A stretch of DNA of 64,000 nucleotides from Octopus vulgaris (taxonomy: Eukaryota), in assembly GCA_951406725.2 (NCBI GenBank), contig OX597821.1, positions 28,148,001 through 28,212,000 on the forward strand, in the 5' to 3' direction. Shown one piece after another: positions 38,551-52,989 of this stretch (position 1 is its first letter; each line of letters begins with the position of its first letter). A program made the position numbers and the translations under genes. Under the pieces are notes generated by a model. The model was not told where the DNA came from and did no database searches. It saw only the letters and a list, made by a program, of their open reading frames with translations.

Positions 38551-39554
38551 TATACATACATGTGTGTTTTAGTCTGTGTGCGTGTGTGCGCAAACGTGTA
38601 TAAGTATGTGTGTATGTATGTGTATATATTTATCTGTATATACATATATGAATTATGTATGTATATTCACGCTTCTATTTGTATATATATATATGCGTGC
38701 GTATGTATGTGTATGTGTTAAATTTTATAAGGTAATGGTTAATAGTAGTTTCGAAGGTTCTGAATGCTCTCCTTCATAGGACAGTCTCATGGAGGCGGGC
38801 AATCCGAAATTGTCAGCAAAACTTTACATGTCAGCAAACACTTTACATGAAGTTGCCTGATGATATAAAATGGATCTTCTGTATGTGTAACGGAAGCATT
38901 TTTTTGTGTGTGCGTGAAACAAGCAAATGGAACAATGAAATACCATTTATTAATCCTCTTTGAGAAAGAATGATCTCAAAAGGATTCCGATGTCTATTTC
39001 CTTGCAAAGAAATCTTCATTGACCCATCGTTTTTTGTTTATTTCCTCTGACAGTGAAAGTTTTCGTGGAGGTTAAGAATGAATAATTTCTTTGTAAGTTT
39101 GATGGAGATTATGTAATGAAAAATGACACAACCATGCAAGTTGTTCTTTCAAATGACTTGCAAGATGTGCATTGGAATGGTGAAAATCATTTACGTTCAT
39201 AGAGAGTTCGGTCCAAACTTAAACGAATATTGATGACAATATTTGTTACCTTCATCATCCGATATAGGGTGTAAAAATAATTACAATCTACGTAGTGTAG
39301 CTTCATTTATCAGGAGAAGCGATGATGAAATCAATAACGTTAATACGCATAGAGATGCTACATGAGAGAAACGAAAGAATCTCCAAAATTGTGGATACTT
39401 TCTTCTGATTTAACTGACGATTACAAAAATATATTTCCAACTTATAACAGGTTAACTGTTTTATAGGGAGAGTTTACGAAAAAACAAAAGATGAAGAGAG
39501 GAGGTGTACAAAACAAACAGAAATGTTAGTATAACGCTCAGGAATAGAAACAGT

Positions 39555-39590
39555 GTTTTACGTTTCGAGCCTACTCTCTTCTACAGAAAG
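39555..39590 (-). ncRNA. Hammerhead-like motif, atypical CTGTAGA-A core
   Basis: CTTT-CTGTAGA-A-GAGA gtag GCTC-GAAA-CG-TA^AAAC. Confidence 0.55.
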
Positions 39591-39613
39591 GGCCACAGAA
39601 AAAACAAGGATAG

Positions 39614-39679
<66 letters not shown>

Positions 39680-39764
39680 AGAGTTTACGAAAAAAACAAA
39701 GGACGAAGACAGGTGGTGAACAAAACAAACAGATGTATTAGTATAACGCTCAGGTATAGAAAAA

Positions 39765-39806
39765 GTCTTTTACGTCTCGAGCCTACGCTCTTCTACAGAA
39801 AGGGAC
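39765..39806 (-). ncRNA. Hammerhead-like motif, atypical core, GAAA mutated to GAGA
   Basis: CTTT-CTGTAGA-A-GAGC gtag GCTC-GAGA-CG-TA^AAAG. Confidence 0.55.
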
Positions 39807-40613
39807 ACAGAAAAAACAAAGAGAGAACAAAGAGAGAAAAAATGTGTGTAGTGGCTAACGATCTCTCATGGCGACTGTTTTATATATGTCTGTGTGTGTT
39901 TGTGTGTGTGTGTGTATATGTGTGTGTGTATATGTGTGTGTATGTGTGTGTGTGTGTGTGTTTGTGTGTGAGTGAGTGTTTGTTTTTACTTCCGTTTCTG
40001 TCTATGCGCATTAACGTTCTTGATTTCGTCATCGTTTCTCACAATAAATTAATTTACACTACATAAATAATAATTATTCTTACACCCTACGCACACACGC
40101 ACACGCACACACACAAACACATATATATATAAAGCTAACGAGTAATGTAATACATAACGGTGGATATATTATAAACAATCAATAATTGTTTATGAATATA
40201 TCAATGACCAAATATGTTATAATATGCATAGAAGAAGAATATTTATAATTATGAACAAGTCAATTTATAACTAAGAGGGTTTCAAAACCCTTACATGTTT
40301 AGAAATAGCAGTCAAAACCGCTATAAAGCCATTTCTATGATTCATATTATTTCTCTTCCCGATAAAGTGTCTGCGTGCGACATGACAAATAGAATTCACC
40401 ATTTAAAAACAACTGTTTAATTCCCTATTGCAATTTCGACGTTAGGGACTCATATATACATGCATACTTCCATATATGCATACATGCATGCATGCATATA
40501 TACATACATGCATATATACACGTACACACACACATATATATATAAATGTATATATATATATATATCCATATATGAATAAATATATGCCCACTCATATGTG
40601 CATAAGTGTGTGG

Positions 40614-40656
<43 letters not shown>

Positions 40657-41155
40657 GTGATAGAGAGAGAGTAGACAGAGAAAGAGAGAGAGGATTCTAC
40701 ATACGCACATTTTATAGAATCATGTAAGCAATCAAAAACAACCTATTCACCTGTCGCATTAACCGCATTAATAACCTAGTAATTTTCTAACGTATAGCAT
40801 TACATTTAATGTGACTGCTACAATTATCTATTATTTTTCTTTTGGTCTCGTGTAGGAGGTCTATTATTTTAAATGATTCATAGGCTTTTGGTTATTGTTA
40901 TCAATCGTCCATACTTCCTGGTTTATAAATAATTTCATTGGACTGTATTTCGGCCAGTTACGTTTTCGTTCATGCAAATCTCTTGCAGGGTATATTCCCA
41001 ATATCCTGTCAGAAAATTACTTGTATCCTGAAATATTGACTAGAAAAAATATTCCGACAATCGCTTACACGCTTGTATCTGTTTATATGTATGTGTATGT
41101 GTTTGTATATATATGAATATATATGTAAGTATATATGTAGATGTGTACATATATA

Positions 41156-41195
<40 letters not shown>

Positions 41196-41210
41196 TGTAT
41201 GTATATATGT

Positions 41211-41360
41211 AGAGAATTCACAAAAAAAAACCCACAAACGATGAAGACTGGTAGTGTAGACAACAAACAGATGTATTAGTATAACGCTCGGGAAGTGAAA
41301 AAGACATTAGCGTTTCGAGCCAACGCTCTTCCACAGAAAGAAACAAGGAGAGAAAATAAG
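41211..41360 (-). mobile_element. pLTR-like copy with hammerhead-like motif at 41303-41340
   Basis: CTTT-CTGTGGA-A-GAGC gttg GCTC-GAAA-CG; flanks homologous to the 39463-39880 units. Confidence 0.65.
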
Positions 41361-41432
41361 ACTTTGTACACTGCAGCTGCAGCTCTCCTGGCTATGGATT
41401 ACACTGGACTCCTATGTATATGTATATGTCTG

Positions 41433-41487
<55 letters not shown>

Positions 41488-41715
41488 ATATATATATAGG
41501 GATATATATATAAATGCATGTATATATGTATGTATATATATGTATAAATTTTATTTTCCATAATCTCCTCCGTTAAAAATAAACCTCAAATTGTTAAGTG
41601 TTCCCGCTATATGAATGTCTCGTCAACTATTTGTAAAAATAAAAACTTCGTCACCAGTTTTGATTTAAAAACTGTGTCCAACACCAAAGCCTTCATTCTG
41701 TTTATATATACATGC

Positions 41716-41759
<44 letters not shown>

Positions 41760-42065
41760 GTATGTATGTATGTATGTATGCATGTATGTATATATATATA
41801 TATATATATGCTTGTAGAATTGTTTAGGGTGTTGAACACGGTGCATTATAAATTACACTAGACCACTAGAACTTCAGTAACGGGTTTATAATACCTTCTG
41901 CAACAGTTTTATGTTACCAGGGCGGCTGTTATATGGTAGTGTATATTTTTATTTTCATTTTTGGTCTTTTTCACCTATTTTTCTTTATACTTCTTATATC
42001 CATCATTTACGAAAACAACTCTTTATATGAACTCTACTTTTTCCCTCTTATTAATTCTTCGATAT

Positions 42066-42106
42066 CGCCTCTGATGAAGGGATACCCCAGAAACAGGTGT
42101 ATGTCT
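42066..42106 (+). ncRNA. Degenerate hammerhead motif
   Basis: CTGATGA-AGGG ata CCCCA-GAAA-CAGGTG-TA; near-palindromic stem III, weak stem I. Confidence 0.5.
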
Positions 42107-42323
42107 ATCTTTGTCTTTATAAATGTCCTATAAATTCCACACAGACTTCGTTTTGTTGTCTCATTTTATTGAACATATACATGCTCAGAAAGGACCCGCA
42201 TTAGACTCCTCACTTATATTATTATCGAATCGAGAGTCTAACTACGGTCCTCTCGTAGCATTTACAGAGTCACACCTGCCATCTTGGTGGGTCTTCTGGA
42301 TACCAATACCTCTCATATGTATA

Positions 42324-42423
<100 letters not shown>

Positions 42424-42615
42424 AGTTATAGCTCTGACGAAGAAGCCCATTCACGGATTTACAATATATTATTGTGATGAACCATAACTTTGAATCCGAC
42501 CAAAAGATTACTCGGAGTTTTTCACTAATCTAAATAATATCGTTACTGTGGTGTGCCAACAGAGAGGCTATGAAGTATTCTGCCCGGACTGATACTACTT
42601 CACCATTTTCTGATG

Positions 42616-42656
<41 letters not shown>

Positions 42657-43283
42657 GTGTGTCTGTGTGTGTGTGTGTATGTGTGTCTACTGAAAGCGAT
42701 TAAAATTTTAGCTAGAAAATATATGAATGTATTGTTTAGAGCAGCACTACAAACATATCTTACAAGCCTCGCGAAGTCTTGAATATTAGTAGGGATGAAC
42801 TACTCAAACCACTGTGCAGCATTATTTGAACCAATTTTTTCATAAATTCGTTTAGTTTATCTTATTTTTCTTAAAACGTTCCCCGAAGCAGTATAGCGAT
42901 ATTATTTAATCATTGATATTGAGAAAGATACCGGCATCACGTGTACTGTCATCGAAAAAATGGTCTTAGATATTACAATGATAAGGAAACTGGTGATTAT
43001 AGGCTCTTGTTTCAGGAAAATCCATGATCCATCTTCGTGTCAAGAGTGTGACTTTCATTAAAATACCAAATTAAAGCTACTGAACATAATTCTAACCGAG
43101 GTCTAAGCTAAATTCTTTATCTTCATATTCCTGATTTCGTTAAATTCATATTCCCCTACAATTTTACTCTACGAAAATATATACCTAACTTAATTTACTA
43201 GTTATATTCGCCTGGATTTGCTACATCCAATTGGCAATAGTTTATGGTATCACTACACTTAATGTTAGTTTAAATGTGTAGAC

Positions 43284-43468
43284 CACTGGTTCCTAACCTG
43301 GGGTCCGCAAAGGTAGTACTAGGGTCTGTGAACTAAACTCAGAATTATATATGTATATATATATATATATACTTAGAACCACACACACACATACACACAG
43401 ATAAGGATAATCATATTAAAAGGGGCTCGTGGGAAAACTCATTTAAATAAAAGGATTGGGAACCACTA
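43284..43468. mobile_element. hAT-type MITE
   Basis: TIRs CACTGGTTCCTAA / TTGGGAACCACTA; 8-bp TSD GTGTAGAC / GTGTAGAG. Confidence 0.85.
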
Positions 43469-43903
43469 GTGTAGAGAGCAACAAAGTATCCAGTGACAAT
43501 ACTGTATAGTATCCCAAAACAAAATGTTAGTTTACATGCGTAAATGGCCATTTATATACAGGGTTAGGGCATCGCGTGCAACATAATGAAGAAGCCAAAA
43601 TTTTACTAAATCACAAATTTCATTACGAAAAAATAGAGAAAGAGAGAGAGAGGAAGCGAGAGAGAAAGACAGAGAAGTAGGGAGAGAGAAAGAGAGAGGA
43701 TGTAGAAGGAGAGAGGGGTGGGAGAGAGAGAGAGAGAAAGTCTGAGAGAGAAGAGCTGAGGCAGATATACACAAATTAGGCTAGACATAAATTTGTATGT
43801 AGCAGAATTTTTGCATATTAATATATATTAAGTCATATAAGAAATTACATAATTCTTCATATGTATGTATATATTTTTCTTGCTCTATTTAAACACACAC
43901 ACT

Positions 43904-43953
<50 letters not shown>

Positions 43954-44199
43954 GTATTTGCGTATATTTACCTTACTACTCCCATATCAGCTGCATCTAA
44001 ATTTCTGTTATAGACACTCTTGCTAACATGGGCCTTGTTCTGGATGAAGAATACGGAATTTAGTTTCAAATTCCTTCGGGATCTACACGATGATTGTGTA
44101 GGTCTCATCCACCATTAATGTATGTGTGTGTGTGTGTGCGTGTCTTGTGTGTGTGGATGTTTAGGTGTTACGATTGGTTGCCAAATAGTTATATCATGC

Positions 44200-44640
44200 A
44201 GGTGAGTACTATAGTTCACCCATATTAACATTTTCCCCCGAAGAAGATAGAAAAATCAAACAGCGAATATAGAAATATCAAATATATTCCAACGTGTAAC
44301 CATTATAAATGGTCTATATAACACATATTCAGGTCTATGTGTTTGGCAATCACTGATTCCTAGGGTGTAATAAAATCGTAATTTCAATATACATATTGTC
44401 TCTGGTTGATATTGCCAACGTTTGAAAAAGCATATTACTTAGATTTCAAAGACAATCGAAACTATATCGCAATTAACTGGGTCGCAAGAAGCCAACATGT
44501 TAATCCATGCATTAATATTCTCCCTCCATTTATTAAAATGGAACATTGCTCCAGAAGACGCTAAAAACATGGACTAAGCATTTATTGAACACTTCCAGGT
44601 TTTCGTAATCTTTGACAGATTTCCAAGATTAAGCCATATA
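44200..44640 (+). mobile_element. Possible ancient Tc1 transposase remnant
   Basis: WVARSQHVNPCINI resembles WPARSPDLNPIENL. Little other support. Confidence 0.3.
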
Positions 44641-44706
44641 ACATACGACTATACACTCGAAATATTATACCCGCCACACATTAAGTAAGTACGAAACAAA
44701 ATCGAG

Positions 44707-44751
<45 letters not shown>

Positions 44752-44816
44752 TATATATATACATATACATATATACACACGCAAATATATATATATACAC
44801 ATACATATATACACAC

Positions 44817-44860
<44 letters not shown>

Positions 44861-45124
44861 TAAGTGTGTGCGTATGCGTGTGTATGGCTGTGCTTCTCAA
44901 AATATTTGAAGTCACTTTACTTATACAAATAAATTGTGTGTGTATGTGTGTTTGTGTGTATGTGTGCGTGACAAAATAGTTAACTGTTATTCATTCTTGC
45001 AGTTATTTTCCTTATACAAGTACACCGTATGCAAAATATACGAATATAAATAATATAAAATGAGTTTGCCTAAAGATATACATATAGGCGCAGGAGTGAA
45101 TGTGTGGTAAATAGCTTGCTTACC

Positions 45125-47705
45125 GGTCTCTTTGTTGGACGTGTTTTTGTTTGTCGGTGAGTTGGACGTTTTGTTGGAGCTTAGATTGCTTTTTGTTGGA
45201 ATTATTAACTGTTTATCGTTGTTGAATTGTTGAACTTTGAGCATTTTTTGTGCTTTTCCCTGTGACGGGAGACAGGAATTGTTTATGTGAAGCCATTTTG
45301 GCAGTTGTTATTTGTTGAAAAATTGAACTTGTTAAAGCTTTTGTAGGCTTTACTGTTGCGCCCCGCCCCTCAGTGGGATTGGGATTTGAACTGCTGTCCT
45401 CATTTAGAGGGAAAAAATATATTATAGGTTTCCCGTTTCGAGGGATTTGTAATTTAGTTTTGTGTGTAGAATTAATTTCAGCCGAATATGTCGGTCGAGA
45501 TAATTCACGAAAAGAGTCCACTGGATGAGCCAGTAAAGAAATTTTCATCAGTTGCCGAGGTGGCAATTGAAAACGCTCTGTTATCAACGGAAAAGCTCTC
45601 CGAGCTTTTTGAAATAAAAGAGGAGAGTGGAAATATAAAGATATCACCCTCCCTCAGCGTCGAAAAATTGAAAAAAAGGACAGTCGTTTTCAAAACGTAC
45701 TGTCCGTCAAGAAGGAAATTTAATCACTTTGAATAGTGTAAAATTGAAAAATGCCTTGCCCCCATATGGAAGGATGTAAAGTACATAGAGAGGGGCTGGA
45801 CATATGGTACAATAGAAGCCACATTTGGAACCGAGGAAAAAGCCAAAGAGTACTCAGCGAGCCCCCTAAAAACGAAGGAGGTAGTGCTTCTGTCAACCTA
45901 CATGGGAAGATGAACTGCTCTTGTAAAGGTAATAGAGGTATCACCTGAAATCGATGCCAGGGAGGTGATGGCCGCCCTGCTGTATAACAGGACGGATAAA
46001 ATTAACTTCCTTCAGATCACATGTTCCGTCCCACAAAATTGGCTCGGGCAGAGCATTTCTGCTATTATTCAGGGGACTCAGGAATATATTGAAATATCCA
46101 GAAAGGGTGCCCTTGGGTGAGGATATTGTCCTCAAAATACAAGTAGAGGGCAAAAAGTCCACGTGCTACGAATGTGGTAAAAAGGCCACATTAGCGTAGA
46201 CTGTGAACAATGGAAGAAAAAAGTCGCGCAGACACGAGGCCCCTCAATTATAAAAAGACCCCTAACCCGCACACATATTAGCCCCACAGAAACAAAAGTT
46301 CCCACACCCCCATTTGTGGCGTCCGCACTCAAACACGATACCCAAAAACCCCAGCCCAGGTACACACCGGTCCTGACAACATCAAAGAGACTCACCCCTC
46401 TAAAGTGGCACCAGAACATGTAACTCCCCCGGATGACACCATGGAGGTGATCGAGGGGGGGTTCACGGTTGCTCGGAAACAAATAAATGCACCTTCCCCA
46501 TCCATATCCCCCACAAAAAAAGACAATGAGACCATCACACCACAAATACAAAACGATTACAACCCATTGTCCCAGAAGGAAAAAAAGAGGGAAAATGATA
46601 ATGAAACGAAAACTCTGGTAAAATATGTTACCAGAAAGAAGAATATTGAGGAGATTGTAGAGAGACACCAAACCACCAAGCTGTTTCAACAACACAAGGA
46701 CTTGAGCAAAGACCATCAGGAATATCCTGGACCTTCCAGGTTATTTGTAGAAGGAGGAGGAGGAAAGGGCTGCCTCACGTGTTGTGAGGTCAGCCTCAAC
46801 ATCACCAGTTAAGGGTAAGAAGAACCCTTGCTTTTTTCCTTGTTTTTATTGGCTACACATAACCTTGGGTGTTTCAATGTGCGTGGTCTGAGCTCGAAGC
46901 GGAAGCAAGCTTGTTTACTCGACGACCTCAGATCACATGATGTACATGTGATGGTTGCTACAGAGAGCAAGCTGGACAGCCTACAAACCTTCTCGCCCCT
47001 CCTGAATGGATATGAGAAAATGTCTCCTAGTTAGACCGGAGGGCGAGTGGGTGCAGTAGTACTGGTCCGAAAAGGCTTGCCTCAGCGGATAAGTACAGTT
47101 TATGTAAACCCAGAAGGTGGGCTAGTCGTCCTTGATGTGACGTATATCAGTAAGGCCTCCAGGTTGATCGGGATCTATGCATCTTGTGCTAGAGGATTTC
47201 AAACTGATATTTATCGGCGCCTAGAGAACTTTCCCGTGACGTCGAAGACATTGGTAGTGTTAGGAGACAATACTGCTATCATTGACGCACGCATCGATAT
47301 CGTTGGCTCGATCGGTAGGAAAGTGAACTCACGTCTCTTAGATCAGCTGAAGCGCTTTCAGCTAGCGGATTGCTACAGGCTTGACCATCCGAGCGTCCGG
47401 GAGTGGACCAGGATTAGTCGCGACGAAAGGCTCAAAAGTTACTTAGATAGGATAGTGATAAGAACTAGAGATAAGTCTAGTTTTAACTATCCACAGCTTG
47501 TCCATGTAGCTTACACTGACCATAGAATGGTCAAGTGTAGCCTGGACATAGATAGTACAGTTAAGAGAGGATCCGGCTACTGGAAGCTGAACAAGTCTAT
47601 TTTGACTTGCGAGGCATACCGTAGCCGCATTTAGGAATTAGTACAGAGGGCATTAACCGGCGCTGTGGTTAATAACCGATGGTGGTTCGCTCTCAAGAGA
47701 GTCAT
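45125..47705 (+). mobile_element. L1/Tx1-like LINE: 5' UTR, disrupted ORF1 with CCHC knuckle, ORF2 APE endonuclease; 3'-truncated
   Basis: ORF1 from ATG 45488; CYECGK.GHISVDC near 46164-46205 (frameshifted); APE motifs FNVRGL, ATESKL, LVVLGD, SYLDRI, TDHRMV, GSGYWKLN. Confidence 0.88.
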
Positions 47706-47986
47706 CTATGTGTTCTTGACAGTGTCCACGCATTTTAATTTTAACAGTTGGTCTCTGAAAGAAATTATTGTCTGAAATATTCATACATGCGCACACATAC
47801 ACAGACACAATCACTTATGTATGTATGTATGTATGTATGTATGTATGTATGTATGTATGTATGTATGTATGTACGCATGTATGTATGTATGTATGTAAGT
47901 ATATATGTATGTATGTATGCATGCATGCATGTATGTATGTATGTATGTATGTATGTATGTATGTATGTATGTATGTATGTATGTAT

Positions 47987-48625
47987 GTCATTATTCAATT
48001 ACCTTAAGGTTTCTTGCCAAGAGAAAGCGTTGGGTTCTAATCTAGATCCAAGGCTCCTTCATTGGAATTTAACATCAACAGAGTATTTTTGCATGCATGC
48101 GTGTATACATGAATATTTGTTTGTTTGCTTTTTGTACGTAGTTCAGGCATATAGTTGAATATCTAGACATGTTCATTAATACTTATGTATATACTTTTGT
48201 TAAACTTTTGGAAAGTTTTACAGAACTTTACAGTTCAAGTGATGGCGTGAATCTGTAGTCTTCGAATCAACTTTCTCCTCTCTGGTTTTGAGAAGCCTAA
48301 TTGGTATTTGATGAATGTGTTACATATCATAATGCCCCGCTAGTAAGCCTGAACTCGCAATCTGGATAGAGTAACTGCAGATTTCTATATAGTTCAGTGT
48401 ACGTAGTCTCTTTTTCACTGATCTTAAACTCCACGTTAACACCCGCTGGGAAGCTGATTTCCACAACTCTACATAATTTCTCTTCGCTATCCCAAATCCT
48501 TGTATCATGTCAAGTGGGTTTACATTTTATTGAGACTTTCACTGTTATTCTGAGTGGTGATGGCTTCTACCATATTGTGAGTTCTTATTTCTTTGCCTTC
48601 TGTGATATCCTTCCATTATTTCTAT
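47987..48625 (-). mobile_element. 3' end of an R4/Dong-like RLE retrotransposon running into (CATA)n
   Basis: RIWDSEEKLCRVVEISFPAGVNVEFKISEKETTYTELYRNLQLLYP...LGFSKPERRKLIRRLQIHA. The 3' UTR abuts the (TATG)n tract at 47815-47987. Confidence 0.75.
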
Positions 48626-48739
48626 GTATGCATTTACGTATTTATATGTATATACACATATATGTGTGTGCGCGCGCGCGGACGCACGTGTTAAAGTTTT
48701 AATAAAATAGGAGAAGGAATCTGTAGCAGACTTTATTAG

Positions 48740-48781
48740 GTACAACACATGTTTCGCCCCGTTCTGGGATTCTTCAGATAC
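48740..48781 (-). ncRNA. Minimal hammerhead motif
   Basis: GTAT-CTGAAGA-ATCCC agaac GGGGC-GAAA-CATGTG-TT^GTAC. Confidence 0.65.
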
Positions 48782-49500
48782 ATCAATAAAAAGTTTCACT
48801 AGAGATTTCTTAATTTGGCTTACGTACCGCTATATATCAATCAAATTCTAGTAAATATATATATATATATACACGAGATATATAGATATATAGATAGATA
48901 GATAGAGAAAGAGACAGACAGAGACAGACAGAGAGACACATACATATAAACATACAAAACCCTGACGTAAAAATTTAAGTGACCATCTGTGTGTGTCTGT
49001 TTAAACTTTATGTACTAAAATACCAAATTGAGTGCATGCGTCATTATTTTTGACTTTGATAATTTTGGATGTTCTAAAATAAATACATGGTAAGATTGAA
49101 TAGAGTTTCATACCTATGCTGGTGCATTGCAGCACACCAGATATTGAAGATATGTCAACAAACAATTGATGAAATTTTCACAATCATACAAATTTATCTT
49201 TGGATTTGCAAACCTGGATGGTAAAATGCATATACATGATGTCCAGTGGTGTCTTTTAGACTCCGTTTGGATGGTACATGTGAAGCATCTATAATGTGTC
49301 TGTCTACATGATTTTTAAAAAAATCAGATATAACCTTGCACATAAATATATACATACAGGCATTTATTGTCATATTTAACCGTCCTTATATCTTGTTGTG
49401 TCAATCTATCAATCTCTGTCTATCTATCTATCTATCTATCTCTCTATCTATCTATAGATCGATCGATCGATCGATATATATATATATATATATATGTACA

Positions 49501-49557
<57 letters not shown>

Positions 49558-49562
<5 letters not shown>

Positions 49563-49677
49563 CGTGATCACCGTGACCGACCAGGCTATCAGATGTTGCT
49601 ACACATCGCTGGTCACAATGCGTTTCGCATTGTTTTAGCCTTTAAATGACGCCACTCCGCTGGCTAAGCGAGCAGGC

Positions 49678-49678
<1 letters not shown>
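49558..49678 (-). mobile_element. SINE family C, 3' fragment
   Basis: Homologous to 1975-2095. Confidence 0.8.
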
Positions 49679-49727
<49 letters not shown>

Positions 49728-49798
49728 TACATATGCACACATACTATATATCTAGATAAATATGCGTGATCAATGGATGTTGAAAATATATATGCATA

Positions 49799-49837
<39 letters not shown>

Positions 49838-50305
49838 GTACACACAGACTGAGTCAGACTCACGCACGGACTTCTACCACATACATGCATATCTATAATC
49901 AATGGGCTTATTCGTGCATAATTCAAAAGCACAATTTTTAACAAAAATGAATATTTTATTGGTATTTGCTATGTATAACAAGTAATGAAGATATGAATAT
50001 TGAACGACTTTAGAATAAGTAATGGATTTGTATTTAATCACTTATTCACGTACTTTCATCGTAAATATTTCATCGTAAAATCAAATCCGTATTTAATTTG
50101 TAATCCAACAGATACACATCACGTACCTTATACACACATGTGACTGTGCACGTGAGTGTGAATTTTTGCGTACTTATATGTGTGTGTGTGTCTGTGTATA
50201 TTATGCATACATGTATGCATGTATGAACATACATAAAAATACCCACCCACGTGCACAGATCTATATGTAGATATATATATATACACTCACATGCATATTT
50301 ATATA

Positions 50306-50371
<66 letters not shown>

Positions 50372-51070
50372 TATATGATTGTATGTGAGTGTGTTTTTCT
50401 ACGTATATATATACATACACATATATATGTATGTATGTATGCATAAATGTACACATATGCATCTATGTTTTTAAAGTTTCCTTCCGCATTCTTTGCTGTT
50501 CATAGATACATACATACATGCATACATACATACATACATACATACATACATACATACATACATACATACATACATACATACATACATGTGCCTGAGTGTA
50601 TGTGTTTTTGTATATCAGAATGCATTCATGTTTGTATAAATATATTTAGATATAGTGGCAGATTTTATCTTCAGTTTTGAAATATTTTACACATTGTCAC
50701 TTATGCATATAAATTTCCATTTATAACATACCTATTTTGAGTCTCTTATTAGATGTAGTCTAGCAGATAATAAGCACTTGTTTGTGATAATATACCCGAA
50801 TATGTGTTTGTTTTTGTATCCAAGATTATGTGAGTATTTTGTAGTCATTTGTGCCTAAAATCGCCGAATATTAAAATTATTCTGAAATGAAGAATTCTAT
50901 TGGTTAAAGTTTTATAGCAAATACTTGTGTTCGATGCATAATGACTAGAATTTCTTGGCCACTTCCTTTCTTTTTTCATTCTCTCTCTATATGGAATCAT
51001 CCGATCAGATATGTTACATTGAAGGCAGCAGCATATTTCGTCTTCGATATCTTGTTCACTGATAATGTAT

Positions 51071-51478
51071 ACTTTACTTTACTTTTTACTTGTTTCAGTC
51101 ATGTGATTGTGGCCACACTGGAGCACCGCCTTTTTTAGTCGAGCAAATCGACACCAGGACTTATTCTTTGTAAGCCTAGTACTTATTCTATCGGTCTGTT
51201 TTGCCGAACCGCTAAGTTACGGGGACGTAAACACAACAGCATCGGTTCTCAAGCGATGTTGGGAGAACAAACACAGACACACAAACACACACACATACAT
51301 ATACATACATATACACGACGGGCTTCTTTCAGTTTCCGTCTACCAAATCCACTCACAAGGCTTTGGTCGGTCCGAGGCTATAGTAGAAGACATTTTCCCA
51401 AGGTGCTACGTAGTGGGACTGAACTGGAACCATGTGGTTGGTAAACAAGCTACTTACCACACAGCCACTCCTACACCT
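51071..51478 (-). mobile_element. Full-length SINE family A
   Basis: Colinear with 26921-27341. Confidence 0.9.
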
Positions 51479-52766
51479 ATAGTGTATCGTAAATTTGCCC
51501 AATTATTTAGTTTCGAGCAATAAGGCCGTTCGCTATGTTAATGTTACACTATCTTTTCATTACTGTCCATCTTTGAAATGACAAGAACAGTGATAATCGT
51601 ATTGAACCTCTTTTATCTATTTTTAACGAGTGAAAAGTTTTAAGCGTTAGCGCCATTTTGACTTGAGGAATCTACGGATTTTCTTAGTTGACTATGGCAC
51701 TGCAGATAATCGTAATACAAAATGAATAACAAATCTGGATAGATTAGTAACACAAACCTAGTCTAAACAATTTCACAGAACAAAAACTGACTTCAGTATT
51801 AACGATGGGATGAATATTTGAATTTACACATAAACCAAATTTAATGCGGTTACAGCCAGTAAGATCGGTTGCTGATTGGAAACTAGTGTCATCTATTGAT
51901 ATTTTAAAATCCGTTTATGATAATTCTATCCGTTTCAACATTATTTTCGTGTTCCTCGAGTCGTCATAGAGTCCGTTGTGCTTCAGGTTCACTATTTGGT
52001 AGTGGAATTTTCAGGTTCTAAATAGTTCTATAAAGCAAACTAATATAGATATTTGGAACATATTAAAGATGTTATACGTGTGTGTGATTGCGTGCATGCG
52101 TGCGTACGTATGTGGTGTGTGCGCGCGTGCATATGTGTGTATATGCTTGCGAGATATATTTCAATATATTAGACCACGCTCAGAGTTACATATTTGAAAA
52201 AAATGAATGTATGGATGAATGAATGAACGTTTGTATCGATAGAAAGAATTTAGTGTGGGTATGCTTATAACTTCAAATTATACTGTCAATTTTATCAGCA
52301 ATTGTTTTTAGAAGCATACAGTTTGATCCTTGCCTTACGTGAACTAATTGACTACACAACAGAATTTTGTCTCGTTTCGTTGAAAAATAACTTTCGATTT
52401 GAGGAGTACTATGTTATTGAGAAAGATACTGTAGTTCTTGAGGTATTCTCCATAGCACCATTGTCTCTTCAGGTAAATATATTCCTATATCCAAAGTCAA
52501 ATCCATCCTTCGGGCAACTCTTTAAATTTTTCACCACTCAAAATTTTAAATATACAAACAAAATAGAGTAAGAACGGGTCGTTTAATGGTTTAGTAGTAA
52601 AAGGCTATAGAAAAGACTAGGGAAAATATATATATCATCCATTTCAAAGACATCAATAGACAATAATATATATAACCCCAACCCCTGTATGTACTACATG
52701 AACCAAGTACACAATTTTTATTGAATGAACGTTTGCTCCCATTAGAAGAAAATAATAAATAAATAC

Positions 52767-52792
52767 ATAATAATAATAATAATAATAATAAC

Positions 52793-52874
<82 letters not shown>

Positions 52875-52920
52875 TTAATAATTATAATAATAATAATAAT
52901 GATGATGATGATGATGATGT
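52767..52920. repeat. (AAT)n/(GAT)n microsatellite
   Basis: Direct reading. Confidence 0.95.
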
Positions 52921-52989
52921 GGTTCAGTGAAGATAACAAAAAAGATAAGCATAGATAAGGCTTCATCTTTAACTAAGTCAGTCGTCAGT

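Larger units (their letters stand above)
39463..39880 (-). mobile_element. Two tandem pLTR-like copies (family A-related) separated by (TA)n
   Basis: TATAGGGAGAGTTTACGAAAAAA...TAGTATAACGCTCAGG repeated at about 39463 and 39673. Confidence 0.8.

Noticed and set aside
38900-39400. Possible minus-strand mariner-like remnant (near-DEKTFTV motif)
   Set aside because: A single weak motif and no TIRs.
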